Below are positions 14,701 through 26,899 of a stretch of 50,153 nt of DNA, one piece after another; positions within the stretch are counted from its first letter, which is position 1; each line of letters starts with the position of its first letter. Source of the stretch: Conidiobolus incongruus B7586 (taxonomy: Eukaryota); assembly GCA_000697335.1 (NCBI GenBank), contig JNEM01008434.1, positions 1-50,153 on the forward strand, in the 5' to 3' direction. The position numbers and the translations under genes are program-made. A model generated the notes under the pieces. The model saw only the letters and a list, made by a program, of their open reading frames with translations, ran no database searches and was not told where the DNA came from.

Positions 14701-14936
14701 GTAATTATTTAAAACAATTGTTTCTTCAAATATATTTTATAAAATAATATAAATGACAAAACCTGTAACAATACTAATAATTTAAAAATAAATTAAAAAT
14801 GATTTATTCGGATCTTTTAAAGATGCGATATATTATAAAAATCTCAAATGTCATCATCGTTATATGGTTCACATGTTATGTATAATTATAAGTTTAGATT
14901 TTTAGTTTAATTTTCTAATTGTTGCTTATAGATCAT

Positions 14937-15803
14937 TTAGTGGAGCTTTTTACCCCATCCGGATGATAGATCGCCTTCGTAGTATTTATTGGCGAAGGTC
15001 CAGAGGAATACAACACCACCGCACAAGGCACCGGAAACTAAAGAGGTACGGACACCAGCTAAATTTCAAATTAGCTCATATTTCCATAGGTTATTAAATT
15101 TGAAACTTACCAGTAGATTTGAATAACATACCCGTGAGGGTAGCAGAACCAATGCTACCAGCAGAGGTAGATTCACCAACGTAGTTAGTAACGGCACTGT
15201 TGATTAAATTATATCCAGCAGCTAAAAATGAGGGATAAATATCAAGGGATATTGATATAATAGTTGAAATATTAGTTACCTAAAATACCCATTGAGTTAC
15301 CTAAGAAAGGACCACGACGAGTCATACCGTTGAGCATTCTGTTATATCTAACTTTTGAAGGTTGACCTTTAGAAGCTTTTAATTCTTCTCTAGCACCCCA
15401 TAAACCACCAATACCCAAACCTACAAACAGTTTAGCCTATGAACAGCCTTCAAACTAAAAAAATATTAAAATTACCTAATAAATAGACGGCACCTGTTCC
15501 GTAACAAACGTCATCGGTCCAGCTTCTACTGGGAATTAACCCAAAGGCTGTAGTGCGATTGGAACCTGATTCTTCTAAACTGAAGTAATCTAAAGTTTTC
15601 TTATCAAGACCAGCAATTGGGGAGAGTTTGGTAGCGTCAAAATCATTTGTTCCGAGGATAGATGAAATGGTTTGGGGTCTGGTGCTGGGAGTTTGAGGGG
15701 CTTGAGTGCGGCGAGTATCGTCATGAGCAGGGGCTCTAGGGACAGCGTTGGGATGTTGTTGAGGTTGGTTAGGTTGAGGTTCGGTATTGAAGAAAAAACC
15801 CAT
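14937..15803 (-). CDS. TIM23: Mitochondrial inner membrane translocase subunit Tim23; exons 15803-15476, 15420-15280, 15221-15111, 15058-14937
   Basis: Spliced frame contains GLIPSRSWTDDVCYGTGAVYLLGLGIGGLWG...NRMLNGMTRRGPFLGNSMG...LTGMLFKSTAG, typical Tim23 motifs. Three GT-AG introns keep the frame. Confidence 0.93.
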
Positions 15804-16972
15804 TGTAATAAATATATATAGTTTGTAAAATAAAAGATTATATTATATTATTATTTTTGTTCTATTTACTAAACTCAAATAATATTATTGAGTATGTTTA
15901 AATAATATTATATTTTGTTATTTTTAATATTTCACAAAATTTATTTTATTTAAAATCGATCTAAATTCTATTTATTATTGATGATCATTTATTGAAATTT
16001 ATGGGAATTACAAATAAATCAATTTTTGAAGTGGAAATACAACGTTTTTAATTTCTATAATATAATTTAATCAATATATAAAATATATATTAATTTTGAA
16101 TCAAATATACAATTATGTTAATACAATATAGTACATGGAGATATTATTAGATACACTGATTACTACTTTGGTATAAGAATATTCTAGAAACTCATATGAA
16201 TTGAATTTTTGAACGAGTTCAATTCATTACATTTTATCAAATAATGATATAGTTCAATATTAATGTCAAGTTATATAAATTTAATGTTAAAATATTAATA
16301 TTTCAAATAGCTAAATCTATTCATCATTATTATATATTAAATTATTCTTAAATTTAAATAATCTTAATTGAATACAATCTGAGGCTTTTCAAATTTGAGG
16401 TTTACATTTCCCAAATTTGTATTAAATTTATTAGAATCCATTATTGTTATTTAAAATTAGTGTTAATAAACCTTAAAAAATTAAGAAAAATCAAATTATT
16501 ATATTTGAAATAATCATTTAAAAAATTTAATTGAATAATTAATTTTTTTTAAAATTATTGAGAAATAATATAATCCAATTATTTGCTTTAATTTTTCTTG
16601 AACTTGATTGGGGTCAAAAAAATCATATTAGTATGATTAGTTAAATTGATATTAAAGTAATCACTATAATCTTTTAAGATTTCTATATAATAATAGTAAT
16701 AATATCATATTTTAAATTTACATTCAAATTGTTTGTTTAAATTCGATTCTAATTTTTATTAGAATATATTTTTATAATATTTTTTTCATTTGAAATTTTA
16801 CATGGTTGATAGATTAATTATATGAATTTATCATAAATGAATTAGTCCCATAATTGTAAATTAAAAAATCAACTCAAAATGAAATATAAATTAACCAAGT
16901 ATTCATGATATAACAACAAATTTTTGTATAAGTATTCAAAAGCAACAATAACAGTAATAATAGTAATTCAAA

Positions 16973-17744
16973 ATGGGATGTGACGGAGGAACAATTCCAA
17001 AAAGACATGAACTCGTAAAAACTACTAAAAAACAAGAGAAACTCGATGAAACTCTCGCTAGCGCTACTAAATATTTGTTATGTGCACTTTCTAAAGTAAT
17101 TCAATATAATTTGAATTTAATTCCATTGTTTAATTTTTTTTATTTGTAATTAGACACCTTTAACATGTCCATTAGTCATCTGTTCACTTGGCAAACTCTA
17201 CAACAAGGAAGCCATTCTAGAATATTTATTAAATCCTAAAACTTACGGGGATGCCGATAAAATTTGCATTCACATTAAGTCACTAAAAGATGTGAGACCC
17301 ATATTATTCGAACATAATCCCGATTTCGATAGTAACAAACCTCAGGGCACTTCATTCCCTTTCCTATGTCCCTTGACTTTTAAAGTGTTAAATGGCAAGT
17401 ACAAATTCGTTTATTTGCAAACTTGTGGTCATGCATTCTCTGAAAGTGGTCTCAAAGAATTGGAACAGACAGATAATTTGACATGTCCCCAATGCAATAA
17501 GGAGTACACTTCCAACGATATCAAATCTATTTATCCACCTCAGGAGGAACAGGATAAGATTTTACTCGAAATTATGGAGAAGATCAAAGCTAAGAAAGAG
17601 AAGAAACGTGCTCGAGATGCTGAGAAGGAAGATAAAAAGAGTAAGAAAATTAAAGACATATGCTCCACTGAGGCTGAGGTCCCAGCTGTCAAATTGAGGA
17701 CTGAAGCAATTAGATCCATCTACACATCATCTTCTAAGACGTAA
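16973..17744 (+). CDS. RTF2: Replication termination factor 2 (Rtf2 RING-like); exons 16973-17095, 17154-17744 (possible extension to 17795)
   Basis: N-terminus MGCDGGTIPKRHELVK, then LGKLYNKEAILEYLL, HIKSLKDV, FLCPLT...NGKYKF...CGHAFSE...CPQC. One GT-AG intron at 17096-17153. Confidence 0.93.
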
Positions 17745-18183
17745 TTTTCGCAACCCAATCATCTCTGTAAGGGGACTCTTAGTCGATTTGGTTAATCTTA
17801 TGTATAATCTTTATTTCTAACCTGTATTATAAATATTTTGCATTTAGTTCATATGATGTTATTGTTATTTCTATTTAAGTAACTATTGTAATAAATTTAT
17901 TCCATCTGCTGAAATTGAATAGTTTTAATATTTAATTATAATTTAGTATATTGATATAATTATATTAGATTGCATATTTCATTACAGGAATCAAGTTCTG
18001 CGAAGTCATTTGATTAGGATCAATCATCCCTGAATTATTTCTGTGTTAAAATTTATCCTCTTATCTACTTATTAATTAACCAACATGTACTCATTGATTG
18101 AAAAATAAAATAGGACAATTAAAATGGAGTTAGTATAATAAAAGTTTTTATTTAATACTTAACAATAATATCCAATTATTGAA

Positions 18184-18447
18184 TTACTGTAAATCGTTAG
18201 GAACCAAGTTGCGAAGCTTGACCTGGCAGTTAGCACCTAATTGATTCAACTTAGCCAATTCGGCCTCGGATTTAACTTGAACGATCAATTTGTTTCGATC
18301 TTCTCTCTGAGTCCAGACGTTGAACTGGGCGAATTGAGATCTATCGGCATTGTTAGGAATACGACATTCTACAACCTGTTGACTTTTAACTGAAATTTCA
18401 CCAGCAACTAATGAAATTGCTGAGAGGACCAAGAGGGAGAATTTCAT
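18184..18447 (-). CDS. Small secreted protein, 87 aa, resembling a stand-alone M14 carboxypeptidase activation propeptide
   Basis: Signal peptide MKFSLLVLSAISLVAG and coding-like GC and codon usage. The pattern QVVEC...FNVW...LIVQV...CQVKLRNL...DLQ resembles carboxypeptidase A/B prodomains; the family call is by eye. Confidence 0.7.
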   Translation of the reverse strand: MKFSLLVLSAISLVAGEISVKSQQVVECRIPNNADRSQFAQFNVWTQREDRNKLIVQVKSEAELAKLNQLGANCQVKLRNLVPNDLQ

Positions 18448-19119
18448 TATTTTAAAATATAGTGAGTTATTTCAGTATTGGCCTCTATTTCGCACAATTA
18501 CAGTGATATTTATACTAATTATATCAATATTATCTAATCTAAAAGTAGTAACATTCACTCATAAGAATTAAATAATTCATTTAATATTAATAATTAAAAG
18601 TTTAATTAGAATAAATTAAAAGTGATTTAAATAAATGATAAGTTTAATTATTTAAAAGTATTATCTCAATAATCGATATTGAGTTTCCACGTTATCTAAA
18701 ATCATTTTAATTTATATTGAAATTTATTACTTAATTGGTTTTAAACATTATTCATCTAGTTTTTATAATTATATTGAATTTTACATCGATTAGTTTCAAT
18801 ATTTTTGAGAGAATATAACAAAAAATAATTATATTGAAATGAATAGAATGTTTTATTTAGGAATATTTATAAGAATATATATTCAAAAATAAATAATTGT
18901 TGATTTATATCTATTTATCTTACCTGTTGTACTTAATTTTTCAATTGATTCTCAATTTATTTTTTAAATATCAATTTGCATATTAGTTAAATTAAATTAA
19001 AATGATCAATTTAATTAATCGCTAATAAATATTCAATAGTATTTTATTATATTACCTGAATTTAGCTAAATTCATTATTTTGATGGATAGGTTATTAAGA
19101 TTTTATTAGATAGTTAACT

Positions 19120-22088
19120 TTAATAATCTCTTGGTCTACTCGAGGATTTCAATTTCACGAAAGAATACAGTAATCCGACTATGAGAGAAATAGACCATAC
19201 AGTAATACTTACGCCGTTGTAGAGGAAATCCTCGTAGTAGAATGACCTTCCAAAGAAGTTCTGCGGTAATTTTTTGGGGATACTGAATAGGATTTGGATC
19301 CTGCCCTGCGATCTTTGAACTTGGGAGTTGTAAGGTTCACCGACGATAAGATCGGGTATGCCGTCACCATCCAAATCCGAGATTAATAGGGAGGTACCGA
19401 AGCGTCCCAATTGAATAGTAGGTTCGAAACATAGGGTAGGATTGAATGCGGTGGGGTCGATACGGTGAATGGCGCCTCGTTCTATTAAAATAGTTAATAA
19501 AATGTAAGTGTAATATATAATGGGGTTACCTCCATCTCTTCCAGGTTCTGTGGACCACCAACCAACTTGAGAATGGTAGACAATATCAGAGCCAAATTGA
19601 CCTCCTCTTTCATAGCCTTTTGAAAGCAGTTCAATTTGGCTGAGTGTAAAGTCATATTTGTACACTTTTCCAGCTTGCCAGCGGGTGAGGAATGGAGATG
19701 ATGTATCCTAAAAATTCAATATAAGTTTTTATTAAAATAATCGGAAGATAATTATTTACTTCGGAAGATGCAGATACTACCATAAATTTGGAGGGATGAT
19801 CTGAATCTACATCGAAAGATCTATAAAATAGTCAATTACTATATCAATAGTATCCAGTAGTGATATAATTACCTTCCAATTTGCATTCTCTTTTCAAATC
19901 CTTCTAGCAATACCTTCTGACCCTTGGGATTTCCGTCCAGATCTAATTCCACCTCGTAAATTCTGCCCAGCATCACGTCAGTATCATTCTGGAACCCCGG
20001 AGCTCCCACTAGAAGAGATGTGCGATTGTCGAATAATATTTTTGGTTTGATATGGTATCCAAAACGTTCATAAGCTACCGAGTTTGAGGAGGATAGGCAC
20101 CATCCGGGCGATTTGTTTAGTCCTTTAGGGGAATTGAAAAATGCGCAAATTTGACCAGATTGTGGATGGTTTCCGTGGGTGTTTACAGCATATGGTAAAC
20201 CTACAATCAAATCTTTGTATCCATCTTGATTGAGATCTATGGTGAACAGTTTGGAACCAAATTGGGTATAATTGTGACACTTGATACTTGATGGAATGGG
20301 AATTGTATCGTATTGGCTATTTGCCATTTCCCAATGTTTGTTACCATGATAAATGAAGATGTTACCAGCGTACTCCTCTGTTAAATTTGACGAAGATTGA
20401 TAGTGAGGTGCTCCCACCAAAAGATCATCAATACCATCACCATTCATATCCAATACTGCTAAACTGAGGCCATAACCAATATGACTGTTAAACGAGTTGG
20501 GACTGTTCAATACCACTTTTGGCGATTGATGCAGCTTTAGAATTTCAGAACCTCCTGAGTATAGGGAAATTTTACCCACAGAATAAGTATTTGCGTTGGG
20601 ATCGTGGTGATTGAAGTGGAAAGGTGATGCGACCACCAAATCTTGAAATCCGTCATTATTGAAATCGCCACTGATTAGATTTTGACCGAAGCGTTCGTAA
20701 TCTTGGGATCCTACAATAGATCTAACTCTCAATATACCCTTAGATTCGTCTAATTTCTGACATGAAGGTCTAAAATTATCGTCATTGATAATGCTATCAC
20801 TATCGTTACTATAATCAACTGTCTTCATACTATTCCAATTCACATTCGATCTATTAAAGTGAATCAATTCTGAGTGTTTAGTTTCGTAATCCGGAAATAT
20901 TTTCAAACAAAAATTTTCAAATTTTAAATCTTTTAATAATATGTTGATGAGTTCGAGCCAACATTCGTATACGCTGAAAGACATGCTCATAACCCCTAAT
21001 ACTAATTAATATAATATAATAATAATATATTATCTAATTTTTACCTCCTTTGAAATAATTTTCAAATTCCTGAATCAAAAATGGAGATTTATCTAAATCA
21101 AATTTCCCAAATGCTAATCGCCCTTGCTTTGCATTGGCTTGAGCAGCTATAAATCCAAGACTCATGCAGGAGTTAAGTAATAATGAATTAACTAATCAAT
21201 CAAATCTAATTTGTATTATTTAGTGATAAATTCGATGAAATACCTTGGGAATATCCCATCCTACTATAAACTTTAACTATATCCTCACTAGGAGTATACC
21301 AATAACTCTATTTTAAGTTTAATAACTTATCATAGTAGTAACAATGATATTTACACTATAATAGTCTAAATTATAACGGTGACTTAGAATTAATTCACCG
21401 CCAAAATCTGCAGATTGGTGAGCTTTATAATAATCATGATAGAAATTTAGATGGGAAAAAGCCTACAATATATATTAAAAATCTAATATAAGCACGATAC
21501 TATCTATATACTCTAATAAATCCTTGATCTCTATGATTCAAATCATGAAACAGCACATCAGCTACTCCATGACCTATCAACCCGAATAAAAAACTCAAAG
21601 CTTTAAAAAACCCTTGGTTGTGTGGTGTATATTTCATTTTGTGATAGGACTGCGTTTGAAGTTGGTATAAACTATCAGCGTATTTGGTTCTGATAAATTC
21701 AATATAGTGGGAGTAGAATGGAGGCCAATGAGCTAAATATAGTGATAAAATTTAGTGAATGTAATAGTATTGTATTGTAGGATTCTGCGGGTTACCTTCT
21801 TCAGCTTCGTCATGGTACTTATTGCAACCGAAACCCCTAAATAATTTTCATCAATATCATCTATACTAATTTATATATCTTGTAATTTAAGATCTACCAA
21901 TCTGGAAAAAAACTACCAGCTTGCCAACTCTGTGGATAATTCTTTAAAATATCTAAAAAATTTTGAGTGTGTGGAGTCTTGGTTTGGTTTAGCCAATTTA
22001 TAGCTCTTAAGTTGATTTCAATATGAGTACTCATACCACATCCTAAAATGGGACTGAGATGGAGTGCTAGAATGAGTGGTTTTATCAT
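19120..22088 (-). CDS. GPLD1: GPI-specific phospholipase D-like protein (Zn-dependent PLC/PLD domain + FG-GAP propeller + C-terminal TM); exons 22088-21898, 21836-21796, 21732-21512, 21462-21355, 21307-21244, 21191-21045, 20995-19873, 19820-19760, 19707-19530, 19481-19120
   Basis: Signal peptide, then CGMSTHIEI, AGSFFPDWG, EEAHWPPF, GHGVADVLFH and AHQSADFGGE (GPLD1 catalytic-domain motifs). Multiple FG-GAP/DxNxDG repeats follow (GDFNNDGFQDLVVASP, DMNGDGIDDLLVGAP, DLDGDGIPDLIVGEP). Nine GT-AG introns keep the frame. Confidence 0.9.
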
Positions 22089-22963
22089 AGATCTTTTGAA
22101 TATAAAATAGACAAAATATGTAAATTTAGTTGATCAAAATTTTGGAATCAATTAGAAAAGTGACTTGTTTCCGTTCCTCAGTAAAATTTAAGAAACCTTG
22201 AAATTTAATCAATTTTATGGGAATTTTTAGCTTCAATGATATTAATAGTATATTGAAAAGATATTTAAAAATTTTGATACCTATTTTTTATTAAAGGTAA
22301 TGATAATTCTAAAGACTTATCAATTTGTATTTTTAAACTTCAAATCAATTTTTAACAAAAACTTTCAAAGTTTGAAAAATGTTCTTATTCAAATGTTATT
22401 TGAGATAGGATCAAGATTAAGTGGATATACTATTATTACCAAATTAGGTTTAGAATAAAATTGAGAGAACAATATAGGGTTCAAAATTATTTAAAATCAA
22501 ATACGATTTACAGGTTAAACATTAACTATTAAATTATAAATTGATAGATTATTAATTGACACTAGGGTGATGGGTTTGATATTTAAATATATAATTGAAC
22601 TTATGATAGAATCAGTTTTCAATTAAAAATTGATAAATAATTATTGTATTAGTATTGATTACAAAGGATTAATAATTATATAAATTTTTGGAATTTAGTA
22701 TATTTTAAAAAAATTTTTATTTTTTATATTTGAATATTGAATAATTTAAAATAAAAATATTAATATCATTAAGATTTCTGAGTTAATTTTGATATAACAA
22801 TTAATTTATCAAACTATTAAATTAAAAATTAATTTTTAAAATCCCATAAATTATAAAAAAATAAAAATTTAAAATTTAATTTAAATTAATTCAAAATTAT
22901 AAAAAACAATAAATAATATTTATTAAATTAAAAATTAATCAATTTAGTAATAAAAATAAAAAA

Positions 22964-24025
22964 ATGTCATCAGAATCTTTAGATATTTTTAGTCAATTCA
23001 GACCTAAAGATACTACAATTCAAGATTTATCTAATCCTTTCCAAGTAATTTTTAAAAATACATATATTAATTAAATAATAGTTATTAATTTAAATTTAGA
23101 ATAAAAATAATGTTAAGAGACCTTTAGGTAAATTTTATTGAATTTGGGTAATTAAAAAATTTTTTTGTTAATTTTTTTAAAGAGGATGATGAAGTTGAAG
23201 AAAGCTCAGAAGAAGAAGAAGAAGAGGAGGAGGAGGAGGAGGAGGAGGAGCAAGAACCTGAAAATTTAGAAGATTATGATGATGTCGACGAAGCCGAACT
23301 TCAAGCCCTCGAAGAAGAACTCAAGCAACTCAATAAACCCAAAACTCAAATCACTACTAAGCTCGATATTTCCAACCCCTTGGTAGTATCCGTGAGTAAT
23401 TTACCCTTCAAATTAAACGACGATGGGCTCAAGCAATTCATGTCACAATTCGGAAAAGTTAAGGCTGCTTACGTTACAATGAAGAAACGCAGATCTACTG
23501 GTTATGGGTTGGTGGAATTTAAGAAGGAATCGAGTGTTAAGAAGGCTCTTGAGGGTAGTGGCAAGGAGTTAGAAGGACGTCCAATCACCATTACAGAATC
23601 TATTGAGCAAGACAATATTAAAATCAAAGTGAAAACTGATGATGATGTCAAAGCTACGAAATCTGCCAATCCACCATCCGAAACCTTATACATTCACAAT
23701 TTAAATTGGCCTGTAGATAAGGAAGCCTTGACTAAAGTATTCCAAGAGAAATTCCCAAATGTCAAACTACATACTGGTAAGAGGCAGTTAGCTAAAGTTG
23801 AGAAAGGATACGCATTTGTTCAATTTGAGTCTATCAAGGAGAGTGAAAAAGCTTTAAAGAAATTTAATAATGTAGAGTTTGATGGTAAAAAATTACATTT
23901 AAGTTTTGCCAAACCTAAGTAAGTTATTATTATTATTTAATATAAAATTCAATATTAAATATTTTGTTAGATCTAATACCAAAAAATCCAAAAAAGAGAA
24001 GAAAGTGAAAAAATCTGAAGAATAA
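22964..24025 (+). CDS. Acidic-tract, two-RRM RNA-binding protein (nucleolin-like architecture); exons 22964-23044, 23100-23127, 23183-23918, 23971-24025
   Basis: RNP2/RNP1 motifs VSVSNLP...STGYGLVEF and LYIHNLN...KGYAFVQF, a poly-Glu tract, and a Lys-rich tail after a GTAAGT intron at 23919-23970. Confidence 0.85.
23209..23250 (+). repeat. (GAA)n(GAG)n trinucleotide tract encoding poly-Glu
   Basis: gaagaagaagaagaagaggaggaggaggaggaggaggaggag inside exon 3 of the RRM gene. Confidence 0.9.
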
Positions 24026-24304
24026 TGAATGAATTTGAACAATAGATTAAGCAAGATGTAAAACTAATTTTTAAATTATATAAAGATATTATAGACCCTA
24101 ATTTTATTATATTTTACAATTATAATTTATATCATTATTATTTTGAATTTGAATTTTTTAAAAGAATTTAGTATTTGATAAAATTAAATCTAAGTAAAAA
24201 GTAATATTAACATGATAAACAATGAATGAGCATTTTTATTATTATTAAAAAATTTAATGACTAAATAGTGAAATGAAATCTGTTAATAGTATTTTTTAAT
24301 TAAT

Positions 24305-25137
24305 TTAATTAATAAAAGGTAATCTCGTAGGTACTTTCGCTCTAAATTCTTCATAATCCTGTCCAAAGAATTGTACCAAATATCTCTCTTCAGTCTCTAT
24401 TCTCTCACTGAAAAATTTGTGTAAAACAACAGCAAATGCAACAGTGCTAATAAGATTAAAGCAGAGGAGTTGGTTGCCGATACACCAATAGTAAAATCCG
24501 AGGTAGGAGGGATGACGACTGTATTGGTAGACCCCCGTGGTGATGAGAATATGGTCATCGGCTTTTCTGTATTGGACATAGTGATTAAAACTTGTTGAAG
24601 CTTCGATCATAGCTCCAGAGCGGAAGATGTGACCAATTATTACCATTATAAGACCTAAAATTAACTAATTAATTCTATTAATAAGATGAATAAAATAAAG
24701 TAATTACCAATAGTCTGAATAACCCAAACCCAGTTCCAAATCCAAGTTGGAAAAACGGCTCTACTCAAAGCCCACTCCGCCATTGAGAACCCGATAGCAT
24801 AGTGGTAGCCGGGAACGGGGTCATACATGAAGGAACTCAATTTAACCCTATCGGGATTGAACACAGCAGTGACGAAATACTCTGCAAAATGGAAAATACC
24901 CAATGAGATAATATATAGGCCCAAACTCTTGTAACTGGGAGCGAATATGACAGTAGCAAAACCGAAACCCATTAGAATACCGGCAAAAAGAGCGTAGAGG
25001 GAAGTGTTTTCGGGTGTGTATATCCCACTCTTCCAGGTTAGTTTCCAGTATGAAAATAAGGTATTTTTATCATTGACAGGTAATTTAGATTTTAATTTGT
25101 CATCGAGTTTGGGTATCGAAGAAGTTGGATCTGTCAT
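24305..25137 (-). CDS. STE14: Isoprenylcysteine carboxyl methyltransferase (ICMT); exons 25137-24708, 24654-24305
   Basis: FHFAEYFVTA, SFNHYVQ, HILITTGVYQYSRHPSYLGFYYW and RIETEERYLVQFFGQDY. One GT-AG intron joins the two ORF-track fragments in frame. Confidence 0.95.
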
Positions 25138-25657
25138 ATTATATATTTGAATATTATTATTAATTGATTAAAATATATTAAATAAAATAAATTCAAATAA
25201 TTATTTTTTATATTCAAAATTTTTTAATATATATTTTTTAAATCATTTAAATTCGAGACTTTTAATGTTTAATACAATTTTATGGGATTTCAAAATTTAA
25301 TTCAATTAAAACAGATTAAAGTTTATAAAATAATAAATTTAATTTAAAGTTAATATTAAAATATAAGAAAAAATAATATATAAATCATATTACATTTTAA
25401 AGTTATTAGCACTTTTTTTAAAAAAAATACAAAATTAATATTGTTTTTATAATTACAATATATTCCTTAATTAATTTAATAATAAATTTACATATTTCAG
25501 TATAATAAATTGCCTTATTGCATTTATCATTAAATTATTTATTACTATTAATCCCATATTTTGAATAATTAAATTGAATATAAATTAAACCCTACAAAAC
25601 TTTTCAAGTCACTTAGCATCGCATTATAAATTTTAATAGATCAATTAACAAAAAACA

Positions 25658-26294
25658 ATGGATTTAGTTGATAAAGATACCAAAATCAAGTAAATTATAA
25701 TTAAATAAATTATAAAGTATGAATATGCATATATATTATTTATGATAATTTAGAGTTAGCTCCGTATTGAATAAAGATACTAAAAATTTTGGTAAACAGC
25801 ATTTAATTGATGGTAACGAAGAGACCTGTTGGAATTCAGAATCTGTAAATTAAATTAAAATAATTTTTATATTATAAATTAATACTAAGATAATATAATC
25901 ATAATTTGTTATATAGGGATTACCTCAATATATTCACTTACAACTTAGTTCACCATGCAAACTAGATCAAATTAAAATTAATTTTCAAGGGGGTTTCGTT
26001 GGCAAAGTTGGTGAAATTTGGACCAACGGTACCGGGGATTTAGAATTTAAAGAGAATTGCTATTTTGAAGATATTAATAATGAACAGATATCCTTTTTTA
26101 TATAACTTTTATTTATTTAATTTAAATTTATATTATTAGTCATTAAAACTTAATTGTAATTTTACATTTGGAATTTAGGTGAAAATGTTAAAAATGAAGA
26201 GATTACTCAATTAAAATTAGTATTTAAAGAATCTAGCGATTTCTTTGGTAGGATCACTATTTATCATCTTAAATTAGTTGGAAATAAAGTTTAA
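25658..26294 (+). CDS. NR2C2AP: Nuclear receptor 2C2-associated protein homolog (galactose-binding-like fold); exons 25658-25689, 25754-25844, 25917-26087, 26166-26294
   Basis: Not in the ORF track. Spliced translation: MDLVDKDTKIKVSSVLNKDTKNFGKQHLIDGNEETCWNSESGLPQYI...FQGGFVGK...YFEDINNEQ|IWNL...LKLVFKESSDFFGRITIYHLKLVG. These are hallmark NR2C2AP motifs. Confidence 0.92.
26088..26165 (+). other. U12-type AT-AC minor spliceosomal intron (78 nt, phase 0)
   Basis: 5' end ATATCCTTTT, branch-like AAACTTAAT at 26146-26154, 3' end TTTAC. Removing it joins conserved exons in frame; retaining it hits TAA at the sixth codon. Confidence 0.9.
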
Positions 26295-26388
26295 TTAGAC
26301 TTTTCTTTTGAATATATTAATATAAAAATATTTTAACAACGATTTATTGGTACAAATCACTTAAAAAGAATAGCATTTGGTAAATAAT

Positions 26389-26899
26389 TTATAATTTGAA
26401 ACCTGCAAATCATTTAGCCTTTTGAATTTCTTTTGCAAAGAATTTACTATTGCCAAAAGGGATTCTCTCGTAAGCAGAAGTTTATGCTTTTGGTCGATTA
26501 GATGGCCTTCATCCTATTGTCTATTTAAATGATTAGTTACTAAACAGAAATTTGATAAGTTTAAATATTTTGATTACTCGTTGAATCCTCCAATAAATCC
26601 TGAAGATAATAAGACTTAATGACATAGCACGGGCCTTGGAGCAAATGGATTAAGTTTTAAAGCTTGACCCACAACCCTTGGGGATGAGCTTTGTGCTTTA
26701 GAAACAACATCATATGTGGGGTAGCAACCTCCAGGAATCTGAGCACATAACTCGTAAACTCGTTTCTGAAATTCGGTTACACCGATTCGTCTTTGAGTTA
26801 ATATAACTTAACAAAGAGTCAATACCATAACTCAATCATATCGATATATTATAAATAACCCTCTGGAATTTCTAGTTTATAATCCAAAGTCAATGACAT
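26389..26899 (-). pseudogene. MGMT: O6-methylguanine-DNA methyltransferase (MGMT/Mgt1) pseudogene
   Basis: Recognisable VTEFQKR/VYELCAQIPGG/TYDVVSKA...SSPRVVGQALKLNPFAPRPVLCH*VLLSSGFIGGF. There are frameshifts near 26760 and 26718, a TAA at 26616-26618 where the PCHRV arginine should be, and further stops in the last exon. Confidence 0.85.

Noticed and set aside
17880..18187. Possible intron (GTAATT donor at the stop, TACTAAC near 18130) extending the small secreted protein
   Set aside because: No AG close to the branch site and no downstream coding exon before RTF2.
26616..26618. Stop-codon reassignment to explain in-frame TAA in MGMT and RTF2
   Set aside because: TAA is the normal terminator of nearly all genes here, and MGMT also has frameshifts.
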